Source: Paramoeba atlantica
Taxonomy: Eukaryota > Protista > Discosea
DNA: 64,000 nt
Assembly (NCBI GenBank): GCA_977017575.1
Contig: CDRNVI010000168.1
Location: forward strand, 62,001-126,000
Direction of reading: 5' to 3'
Positions 46,494 through 56,806 of the stretch are shown here, piece by piece. The notes beneath the pieces were generated by a model. It saw nothing but the letters and a program-made list of their open reading frames with translations, did not search any database and was not told where the DNA came from. How positions within the stretch are numbered: position 1 is the first letter of the stretch; each line of letters starts with the position of its first letter. The translations under genes were made by a program, and so were the position numbers.

Positions 46494-47219
46494 ATTGATC
46501 TCGCCGGGAAACTTAAAAAAGAGTCACCCCACGCGTCCTTGACACCTGAAAGAAACTTTCTTCCACTCGGAAAGGAAATTTCATAGGGGACCTAATTCCG
46601 ACACTTTGTTCCCCCACAAATTATGACGCAACAAAATGACGCCCCATCCCCTCTCAAAAAGTGTAATTGACGAACAGAGAAAGGTTTTGGAGAAGTCGGG
46701 TGTGAGACAAAGGGAGAAAATTCCGTTTCTTCCTTTCAAATGGAGAGCTCTAAAATGAAGAGCTCTAAAATTAAGATCTCTAAAAAATTTGTTTTGTTTT
46801 TTGTGTTGGGGAAAGATGGTTGTGTGGCATCAAACAGAGGACAAGGGTTCAGAGGCTTAGGGTGGCTCAAAGTTTGGAGAAATGGCCAAGAGGACTTTTT
46901 GATTAATTGTTCTGGTTTTTGGTTTTTTATCTTTTTTTGACCAAAGAACATTTTTCCTTTTTCGTTTTGGCGTTCCCAACAAGAGAAAAGGAGGGATATG
47001 TCTGTGTGTCAAACCTGGGGATTCCTTTGCCCTCTTTTTTTTTAACCAAATAGTCAAAATTAAAACGAAAAATCTTTCCAAAAACATTTCTGGATGGTTT
47101 TTCCATCCGCCTTTAGTTTTCGCTGAAAATTGACGAAAGTGACGCGAACTTTCCTTTTCTTTTGACCCTTTCCGTTTGGTTTTTTTCTTTTTTGCTGTGG
47201 CAACAACCAAGAAAACGAC

Positions 47220-48324
47220 ATGAAGTCCCTTTTTTTGTTGTTGTGTCTTTTGTACACTGTTGCTTCTGGTACCTCCACTGTCAAGAACAAGCAAAAGATG
47301 AGAGACCCTTTGGAGAATCTTCTCGACAAAGCCCAGTTTCAATTGGATTCTTTCCAAAGCGACTTCCCTCCTGCTAACTCGTTATCCAAGCGAGGTTTTT
47401 GCCCCGGTGATGATGGTTTTGAAATCGAACCTTGTGATGGGTGCAGCATTGTCCACAAATGGGCCAATGAGCAGATTGTAACCTATGATGATAGTGATGA
47501 TAGTGATGACGATTTTACCTTTGAAAAAATTGTGACAAAGATTATTTTGGACTTCAAGGACAATAATACACTCACTATTTCCACTGTGTTCACTTTCTTT
47601 CTTTCTGAACAAGCTGGTTATTTTATTTATTTTATTTATTTTATTTTTATTCTTGCTAATTTTTTGTTTAGCTGATCACTACAATGAGTTTGCTGAGGAA
47701 CATGATGACTGCTCTGAGATTGACAAAGACAAATACTTCCTTAAGGTGACCCAGAATATTCGATATTCTTATGATTTTGCCGATTGTGATTTGACTTATT
47801 GTGGGCCAAGTGACACCGATTGCTGGGAATCTAGCGAATCACAAGGGGAACTCTGTGGCTTAGAAAAAATCGATACTGATTTTTCCATCAATGACGACTG
47901 TGGAGATCTCCCAACTGTCACCTATAATCAAGTTGAATTCCTTGAGGATTGTTCCTTTCTTGACCTATTCCCTGAGACTGATGGTCTTTTTTTCATTTAT
48001 AAAAAAGTGATTGAATCTCCAACTCCAACTCCATCTCCTTCATCACCTTTTTCAATTTCTCCAACACCTTCACCCCCATCACCTTTTTCAATTTCTCCAA
48101 CACCGTCACCCCCATCACCATTTTCAATTTCTCCAGCACCTTCACCCTCATCTTCATCTTCGTCTTTTTGGAAATATTTATTATTTTTTGTTGTTGGTGC
48201 GATCGTTGGTTGTCTCCTTGTTTTAATTGTTTTTGGAGTATTTTTTTGGATGAAAAGGAAAAATGAGCAAAAATATCATGATGGTTCAGATTTACTGCTC
48301 AATGACGATGAAGAGGAATATTAA
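47220..48324 (+). CDS. Cys/Asp-rich type I membrane protein A with Ser/Pro stalk (one intron 47617-47671)
   Basis: Signal peptide, SKR|GFC possible processing site, 8 or more Cys, three 11-aa PSPFSISPTPS repeats, TM helix and short acidic tail. Confidence 0.85.
48035..48150 (+). repeat. 33-nt tandem repeat x3 encoding a Ser/Pro/Thr stalk
   Basis: The unit tcacc(t/a)ttttcaatttctcca(a/g)cacc... is repeated. Confidence 0.8.
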
Positions 48325-49247
48325 TTTCGTTCGATACTCTTTTAATTGAGAGGAACGAATCAAGATTGCAAAGAGAAATTTTGATTAAAATAAAAGGTCT
48401 CTTTCATGTGTAAACTTTAGTGGTTGGAATTTGTCTCAAAGATCCTTCTCTTCAGCTCTTCAAAACCTTTCAACAAAATCGTTGTGTCAAATACACAGGG
48501 TATTGTGCTAAATGAAGAGCTCTAAAAAATTTGTTTTGTTTTTGTGTTTTGGTTTTTTTGTTGGGAAAGATGATGGTTGGTGGGTCAGCATAGTTATCAA
48601 CAGAGGACGAGGAATCAAAGGCTTGTGGCTCAAAAAGTCTGGAAACATGGCCAATAGAACTTTTTGATTGGTTGTTCTGGTTTTTGGTTTTTTTTCTTTT
48701 TGACCAAAGAACGTTTTTCCTTTTTCGTTTTGGCGTTCCCAACAAGAGAAAAGGAGGGATAAGTCTGTGTGTCAAATCTGGAGATTCCTTTGCCCTCTTT
48801 TTTTTAACCAAATAGAATATTGGGTGTTATTAACATCCTTTAGACTACAAAAAGTGAGTATTCACTTTTTGGCTCAATTTGCAGCTTCAACAGAATGGTC
48901 CCCTACCCCAACTTATCCTCCTTGGGACATGCCACGGGGGGGTTAATGGTGATTTTGTTGAGCTTTTGTTTCGGGTGTTCCTTTTTGTATGGGGTCGCTT
49001 TTGGGTTTTTGAAAAACCTCAGAGACGAATTTTCCTTCAAAAACCCTTTCGAATTCAAAGACTCCACGAAGGTTTTTATCAGGAGTTTTTTTTTTTGAAA
49101 AACTTGTGACACCCCCTCTGATCACGTGTTCTTTTAAAGTTTTCGCTGAAAACTCAGAAAGCGACAAGAACTTTCCTCAGTTTTTGTTTCGTTTGTTTTC
49201 CATTTGGTTTTTTTCTTTTTTGCTGTGGCAACAACCGAGAAAACGAT

Positions 49248-50067
49248 ATGAAGTCCCTTTTGTTGTTGTGTCTGTTGTACACTGTTGCTTCTGGTACCTT
49301 CACTGTCAGGACCAAGCAAAAGATGAGAGACCCTTTGGAGAATCTTCTCGACAAAGCCCAGTTTCGATTGGATTCTTTCCAAAGCGACTTCCCTCCTGCT
49401 AACTCGTTATCCAAGCGAGGTGTTTGCCCCGGTGATGAAGGTTTTAAAATCGAACCTTGTGATGGGTGCAGCATTGTCCACAAATGGGCCAATGAGCAGA
49501 TTGAAACCTACGATGATAGTGATGTTCTGTTTGAAAAAATCGTGACAAAGTCTATCTTGGACTTCAAGGACAACAATACACTCACTATTTCCACTGTGTC
49601 CACATTCTTTCTTTCTGAACAAGCTGGTTATTTTATTTATTTTATTTATTTTATTTTTATTATTGCTAATTTTTTGTTTAGCTGATCAATACAATGAGTT
49701 TGCTGAGGAACATGATGACTGCTCTGAGATTGACAAAGACAAATACATCCTTAAGGTGACCCAGGATTTTCGTTATTCTTATGATTTTACCGATTGTGAT
49801 TTGACTTATTGTGGACAAAATAACACCGATTGCCCTGTATCTTACGAGACACAGAAACTCTGTGACAAGATCGATACTGATTTTGACAGCGACGACAACT
49901 GTGCAGCTACCCCAACCATTTACTTTGATGATGTTGAATTCCGTGCTAATTGTTCTATTCTTATCCTTTGGGGTGGTCCTAATTACATTTATAAAAAAGT
50001 GATTGAATCTCCAACTCCATCTCCCTCCTCGCCATTTTCAATTCAGCTTGGTGGAAGTTATCTGTGA
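49248..50067 (+). CDS. Paralog B of the type I membrane protein, lacking stalk and TM (predicted soluble)
   Basis: Near-identical N-half and intron. Diverges within the first stalk repeat and ends SPFSIQLGGSYL*. Confidence 0.8.
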
Positions 50068-50241
50068 TGGTTTTGAATGGAAGTGACTGTTGAATGTTTT
50101 GAAAGAGAGACTTGTTTTCTTTTTTTAGTTTTCCTTTTCATAAATAGAACCTTGATTGATCTGTTTGTGGCTTGAAAGTACTCCATCTTAACTGAGAGAG
50201 CTAAATGAGGGCTCTAAAATCGAGTTTTTTGTTTTTTGTGG

Positions 50242-50530
50242 TCAAAATACTGATCTCTTTGCAATATTTTGTGGATACAAAGGAGGAGCTTGTTGTAATC
50301 CAGGACCCAACAATTCCTCCATTCTCTCCAACCAAACCCTCAACTTTCCACCTTTCAATTTCTTCTCTGAAAATTTGTGGAAGAATCTTTCATTGTTTGT
50401 TCCTGAACCTTCAACCATGTAGAAAAACGCATCATCAGAAATATCATTCAAAGTAGCTCGATCTCTTTCAAAAAAGAAAGATCCCTTCCCCTAAATACCC
50501 GATCAAATTTTGTCTTTCATCCCTTTCAAT
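50242..50530 (-). pseudogene. 5'-truncated fragment duplicating the 3' end of the GST-fold gene
   Basis: Matches about 45590-45890 (GGKLRVWLERMEELLGPGLQQAPPLYPQNIAKRSV), with indels and no 5' part. Confidence 0.8.
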
Positions 50531-50872
50531 TCCCCTACCAGCACCCTCATCTTCACCCTCATTTTGTTGTGATTTTTTTCTTGTGCAATAGAAACTTTTG
50601 AAAAAAAAAAAGAATCATTTTTAAAAACCAAAAAGAAGAGACTTTTCTTATTTTTTCAAGTTGTGGCGAGACTGAGTTTGTATTTTCTAACCTCGTTTTC
50701 TCCTCCATTCCTTTGTCGCTCCTTTTGAGGATTGCAAAAAATAATTTGAATCGACATTAAAAAAGTTTGGGAATGAGTCAAACGAGTGTGTTGGTTGTTA
50801 AAAACCATGGTGTAAAAAGACAAAACTTCAGTCATATTCTTCCGAAAAGAAGAGACAGAAGAAAGCACATCT

Positions 50873-52988
50873 TTAACCAGACTCCATTTCTGCTGGTGCC
50901 GCTCCTTGAGCATCACCACGAGAAGAAGAAGTGAAGAGTTCATTTCGAATCAAAGAAGTGAGAGCCGCATGGTTGTGAGCTCGGAGAAGAGGCTTGAATT
51001 TTTCTTTTTGTTCCCTGGTTAAAGAAGTCTTGTACCTCTGGAAGAATAAAAAAATGATTTTTAAGTTCAAGAGGGGAAGAAACGAAACTTATTCACAGTG
51101 AATTCAAAAGAACCTGTGCAAAAGTGTACAAACATTGGTGCCATAACACAGGAAGCTCTCGTCTATCATCTACAAATGATAAGAAGTGTTTCACCACCAC
51201 ATCAACAACAGAGTAAGGAAGAGCATATTTCTTATTTAGAATGGCTCTCATAAAGATTGAAGAGGCACCCCCATATCGAAGTTGTGCAATTTTCATCAAG
51301 GCAGCAGCAGAGTGTGTCCAAGGAATGGAAACCTAAAATTCATAATTTAATCAAAAAAATAGTAGAATCTCACACAAATCACAAGGTAGATTAAAAGATT
51401 TTAAAAAAAGAAACCTTGACAACAACTGAAGCGATGATAATCGCCTCCTTAAGAGTACAATCACATTCACACAAGGGTAAAATGATCCCTTTAAAAAAAG
51501 CAGCAGGTTTGTACACCGATTTTCTTAAAGCCTAAAAACAAAACAAAAAAAAAAGTGTGAAAAAACATTCTCACACATAGAAAGTAAGAAGAAAAAAAAC
51601 CTGATAAAGATGATAGTTCAGGCGTTTTGATTCTTTAATATCTGCCCGAACACGTGGAAGAAGAACAAGATTGTAAAATCGTTGGGCCATTGCAGCATTC
51701 ATATTCGAGGCGAAGATTTTTGTTCCTTTTTTTGTCTTATTTTAATGAAAGGACTTTTCTGGAATCGAAATCTTCAAATATCACAGCAGGTAATCATCAA
51801 ACCTTGATAAACAGCACAAGAAGACCACTCATCAGGGCGAGTAATATACATAATTTCTTCCCAGTTTTTCAAAACAGGTAAAATTTTAAATGCCTATTGA
51901 TCAACGATTTAAGTTTTTTCATCGAATCACATGCACAACAACAACAACAACAACAACCTTTCACCCAAAAATGAAAAATCGATTGAAAAAAAACCTTTGG
52001 TAATTTGCCAAACGTATAAGATTTGAGGATTTTTCCAACTGAAGCATAAACTTCGACAACTTCAGGTTTCAAAGATGATTTGATTCGTTGGTCTACTTCT
52101 TCAGGAGTTTCCTAGGGGCAAAACAAAAAGAAAAAGAAAAAGAAAAAGAAAAACCATTTAGAGATAATTGATCAAAAAGAATAAGAGAGAGAAGAGGGGT
52201 CAAACCTCACCATCAATCTCCAATTTTTCTCTCATAAAATCAGCAAGAGTTTTTCTTTGTTGGGGTTCTTTTGACATGAAGAGAGAAAGAGCTCTTTCTT
52301 CTGCTTCAGAAAGGCGGACATCTGCTTCATAAGAAAAATCATATGCAGCATAATCTTCTTCAGTTTCAGAGAAGTCGTCTTCAGACTCTGTAAAGGAAAA
52401 AAGAAAAAAAATTGTGAGTGTATGATTTTTTTTCCTTTTCAAAAAGAATGAGATTGTTGAAAAGAAAAATTCTCTTTCTCCTTTTTCTTCCTACTTTTTC
52501 CTCCCTCGAAAAAAACCCGAAAAAAAAAGAATCAAAAAACCTGAGTTTGTTGAGGAGAGACTAATTCCAGAAGAACTAGCAGCAACTTTTCCTTTCTGCT
52601 GCCCAGCTCTTTCCTCTTCTTTCTCTTCTTCCAATTGTTCGGCAGCAAGTTTCAAAATTTTGGCAGAAGCGACAGTGTCAAGAAGGTCAGAGTCAGTATC
52701 ACCCTTCTTCGATCTCTTTTTTTGAAATTCTTTTGTTTTCTCAACAGAGACATCTTTCACTTCCTCAATCTCCATTTCATCATCATCATCTTCCTCAATC
52801 CATTTCTCCTTTTTCTTCTTTTTCCCTTTGACAAGAGGGGTTTGTTTTTGTTGTTTTTGTCTGACCTGTTTCTTTTCTGAAGAAGCTTGAACAGCGAGAT
52901 TTTGATCATTCATCATCTCTTGATCAATAGGCATTCGATCTTTCTTTTCGAAAGTCGCACTTCTCTTCCTCTTTTGTTTGGAAGACAT
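50873..52988 (-). CDS. BYSL: Bystin (Enp1), 40S biogenesis factor, multi-exon
   Basis: [69 protein letters not shown] and LRAHNH. Confidence 0.92.
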
Positions 52989-53179
52989 CGTTTGGTTGGT
53001 TTGGTTTGGCGAGAAAACGAAAACGAAAAAAAAAAGAAAAAATATGACGTCATCTTTAGAGAAAAACCATTTATTCCTTTTTTTGGACCTAAATTGTTGT
53101 TGTTTGTTTTTTTGTTTTGCTTCGCCTTGTTTTGTTGTTTCTCTTTTCTTTTCTTTCAATCAAAGTCAGAGATGTTGTA

Positions 53180-53514
53180 TTAGCCACCAAAACCGTACAA
53201 AGTTTTCCCTTGTCGCTTCAGAGCAAGAATAATGTCCATGGAGGTAACAGTCTTTCTTCGAGCGTACCCTGTGTAAATCACAGCTTCACGAATCACCTTT
53301 TCCAGGAACACCTTCAAGACATTCGAGTTTCTTCGTAAACAAGACCAGAGATTCGTTTCACCCCTCCTCTTCGAGCCAGTCGCCTGATTGATGGTTTGGT
53401 GATCCCTTCAATACGGTCACGAAAACGATATCGAAACCTTCGGTAACGTCTTGCACCCTTCCCCAACCCTTTCCCACCTAACCCTCGGCCAAAAAACTGA
53501 TTATTATCATCCAT
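53180..53514 (-). pseudogene. Divergent histone H4-like copy 1 with a 1-nt deletion (frameshift after EETR)
   Basis: 335 nt from ATG to TAA. Reads cgaatgtcttg versus cgaagtgtcttg in copy 2; the remainder is an intact H4 fold. Could be a sequencing error. Confidence 0.75.
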
Positions 53515-53576
53515 CGAAACTTGTCAACAAGATTTTAAGAAAAACAAACAAAAATCAGTCCAAAATTGGTAATGCA

Positions 53577-53613
53577 GCGAGTCGCACCATTCTTGTGTGA
53601 ATCTCATGAGCGG
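53577..53613. promoter_or_regulatory. Conserved upstream element of H4-like copy 1
   Basis: gcgagtcgcaccattcttgtgtgaatctcatgagcgg, found about 65-70 nt upstream of each of the three ATGs. Confidence 0.6.
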
Positions 53614-53742
53614 TGGAGTGTCGTTCAGTGTGTGTGGGTTGGCAACAATTTCTCTGAAAAGGATTTTTTTTTGGAATAACAAAGTTTATTTATTGGTTTG
53701 GGTTTCGTTGTCTGATCGAAAAATTAAGTTTAGGATATTGTA

Positions 53743-54054
53743 TTAGCCACCAAAACCGTACAAAGTTTTCCCCTGTTGTTTGAGAGCAAGAATAATGTCC
53801 ATGGAGGTAACAGTCTTTCTTCGAGCGTACCCTGTGTAAATTACAGCTTCACGAATCACATTTTCAAGAAACACCTTCAAGACACTTCGAGTTTCTTCAT
53901 AAACAAGACCAGAGATTCGTTTCACCCCTCCTCTTCGAGCAAGTCGCCTGATTGATGGTTTGGAAAGGATCAGGTGACAACAACATCGAAACCTTCGGTG
54001 ACGTTTTGCACCACCCTTCCCCAACCCTCGTCCAAAAAACTGATTATTATTCAT
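53743..54054 (-). CDS. Divergent histone H4 variant copy 2
   Basis: [25 protein letters not shown]...[10 protein letters not shown]...GKTLYGFGG*. Tail [28 protein letters not shown]. Confidence 0.9.
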   Translation of the reverse strand: MNNNQFFGRGLGKGGAKRHRRFRCCCHLILSKPSIRRLARRGGVKRISGLVYEETRSVLKVFLENVIREAVIYTGYARRKTVTSMDIILALKQQGKTLYGFGG

Positions 54055-54116
54055 AGCAAATTGTGAACCAATATTTTAAGAAACAAACAAACAATTAGTC
54101 CAAAATTGGGAATGAA

Positions 54117-54154
54117 GCGAGTCGCACCAATTCTTGTATGAATCTCATGAGCGG
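54117..54154. promoter_or_regulatory. Conserved upstream element of H4-like copy 2
   Basis: gcgagtcgcaccaattcttgtatgaatctcatgagcgg. Confidence 0.6.
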
Positions 54155-54327
54155 AGAGCTACTGTGAGGTTGGCGATCGTTCAGTGTGGGGCTGGCTAAA
54201 CGAGCCCACTTTCTGAAAAGCAATCTCTTTTGAAATTGATAAAGTTTATTGGTTTGTGTTTTGTTGTTGGATTGTTGTGCTATTACTTTTACTAATCGTT
54301 CAACAAATCAAGGAAAGAGTGTGTGTA

Positions 54328-54678
54328 TTAGCCATCAAAACTGTACAAAGTTTTCCCTTGTCGCTTCAGAGCACGGATAATGTCCATGGAGGTAACAGTC
54401 TTTCTTCGAGCGTACCCTGTGTAAATCACAGCTTCACGAATCACCTTTTCAAGAAACACCTTCAAGACAGACCGAGTTTCTTCGTAAATTAGACCAGAGA
54501 TTCGTTTCACCCCACCTCTTCGAGCAAGTCGCCTGATTGATGGTTTGGTGATCCCTTCAATGCAGTCACGAAAACGAAGATAGCGTAACCTTTGACGGTA
54601 CATACCAAAGTTACATTTTGTGCCGATTCCCAACTGTTTCCCTCCTAACCCTCGTCCTTGCTTATTATTATTATTCAT
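54328..54678 (-). CDS. Divergent histone H4 variant copy 3
   Basis: Same H4 fold. Tail [38 protein letters not shown]; ends LYSFDG*. Confidence 0.9.
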   Translation of the reverse strand: MNNNNKQGRGLGGKQLGIGTKCNFGMYRQRLRYLRFRDCIEGITKPSIRRLARRGGVKRISGLIYEETRSVLKVFLEKVIREAVIYTGYARRKTVTSMDIIRALKRQGKTLYSFDG

Positions 54679-54745
54679 GCGAGATTGTGGACCCTGGAAG
54701 TTTTTTTTTTGTGAGACGAACGACCAGCCCAAAATTGGGAATGAA

Positions 54746-54782
54746 GCGAGTCGCACCATTCTTGTATGAATCTTATGAGCGA
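54746..54782. promoter_or_regulatory. Conserved upstream element of H4-like copy 3
   Basis: gcgagtcgcaccattcttgtatgaatcttatgagcga. Confidence 0.6.
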
Positions 54783-55264
54783 AGAATTGTGAGGTTGGCG
54801 AATGTAACTCACCTTAAGGAAGAAATCCTTTGTCCTGACTCTGGTGGATGAAAAAATTCCCCTGAAAACTATTTGGGTTGGTGGAAAAACATTTGTTTAT
54901 TTTCTTTGGTCTTGACTAAATGACACCAACTCAAACGTGCCAACTGAACTCAAATAAAATCAAAAAACAAGATGGTAACAAGAAAGACAAAGGGTTAGAA
55001 AACGATTTGTTTCAAAAAAGAATGAGTTTGAACCAACTTTTTCGAAAGTCATTCAGTGAAGAAATAAAAACGACGAAAATGAAAAATTGGTTCTCGCAAC
55101 ACTCCCCCAGCAACGAGAGGAGAGTCCGTTTTTAGCGGCTTCTTTTTTGTGAAATTTTGCTCTGAAGGAAAGGACAGAAGAAACTTCTTCTCTTTTTTCT
55201 TCTCTTGACGTTTTCGGAGTTAGTCAAAAAAAAAAACGAGTTTGTTTGCCGATTTTGTGAAAAC

Positions 55265-56328
55265 ATGGCAAATTCTCGCCCTTACCAAATCGATGTGGTA
55301 TCTTTAGCTGGAAGAAGGACGAGTTTGGATGTCACTTCTGGAACAACGGTTGCTAATGTGATGCGACAGTACCAAGACAAGGAAGGGGTTCCTGTTAACC
55401 AACAGCGCCTCGTTTGGGCCGGAGCACAAATCTCTTCGGGGGATCGATCAAGGACACTTCAATCTCTGAACATCGGCGAAGGAAGTGTCATTCATCTCGT
55501 ATTGACTTTAAGGGATATTGGAATGTTTGATCTTCATATTGCGACTCCTGGTGTCGAACTCCTCCAAACACCGAAGAATTGGAGTGGTGGAGAATTGGAA
55601 ATGAAGGAAATTATCCAAAAAGTGAAGGAGAACAAAAGAGTACTGCGAAGGAATCTCAAGTCAAATCATTTTGAATCATATTCTTCAACATCATCAAGGG
55701 ATGGTGATGATGATGAGGAGTCCTCAAGATTATTGTTGTCGAAAGAAGAGTGTCAAATTTTGAAGGATTTCTTAGATCGAAAATTCTTTGAATGGGAGAG
55801 TGAACAATGTGACGAAGGGTCAGCAAAGAAGGAGGATTTTCAAATCACAATTGAGGAAGAAGAACTTTCGACTCTGATTGGAGAACAAACAACACGTAAA
55901 CTGATCACCTTTTTCAAGGGTCCTTTCACAGAGATTAAATTGAGAAGGGTTAATTCTCATGGAAAATGCATTAACTTCCATTTGGATGTCTCTCTTCGGA
56001 CAATGCAGGTTCCTCTCAACAGTGATCAGGTGATTTTTTTCATTTATTTTGTTGATTGTGATCTCTCCCAAATATCTCGATATGTGTATGTGTTGATTTT
56101 CTTTTTTGACTCTTTTTTGACTCTTCTTTTTCCCCAAAATCCCAGGAATATGATGGAGGGCGTCTCGTTTACTTAATTGAAGATCATCAAGCTGAAAGAA
56201 CTGGAAAAGTTGAGATTCCTTCTCGGCCTGCAGGATCATGGACAATTCATGACAACACGATTGTCCATGGAGTGACCACTCTGGCATCAGGGATTCGATA
56301 TGCCCTCTTTTTTCTTCAATACCCATAA
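55265..56328 (+). CDS. Ubiquitin-like domain fused to a 2OG-Fe(II) dioxygenase (intron 56030-56145)
   Basis: UBL: VVSLAGRR, QDKEGVPVNQQRLVWAG, SVIHLVLTLR. Dioxygenase: CINFHLD (HxD), EYDGGRL, HDNTIVHGVT and GIRYALFF (2OG Arg). Confidence 0.9.
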
Positions 56329-56806
56329 CTCTTTCCAATGTTTTCGAACGCATTATCTTCCCAATAAAATGACTTTTTCAAAAACAAAATTTAAGTCTTT
56401 CTCTTGAAGCCATTGTCTCCTATCTTTTCTTCCTTCATCGCGACCACCACCCAAACCATTCTTCTTCTTTGGGCAAAAGTTTCTGAGTCTTGAGAAGGGA
56501 GCGGAAATCACTAACCAAAAATTCGTATTCGTCTTGTGCAAGTTCAGAATGAGACTGTCCTTTCTCTGTTTTTGGTTATTGTTTTCATCATCAGAATGTT
56601 TGAATCGAGGTTTTTTTTCTTTTTCTCATCCAACTTGAGAGAACAGCCTCAGAGAGAATCTTTTCGTCAGAACAGAGATTATCAAATTTCCACCTGAACT
56701 TTCTCAGTTTCCGATCTCTTGTTTTGGACAAAAAAGCTAATTTGTGACAATTTTTTCCGCGCTGTTTTGGGGCAAAATTTCCCTCTTGGTGATTTCCTCG
56801 CGGGAG

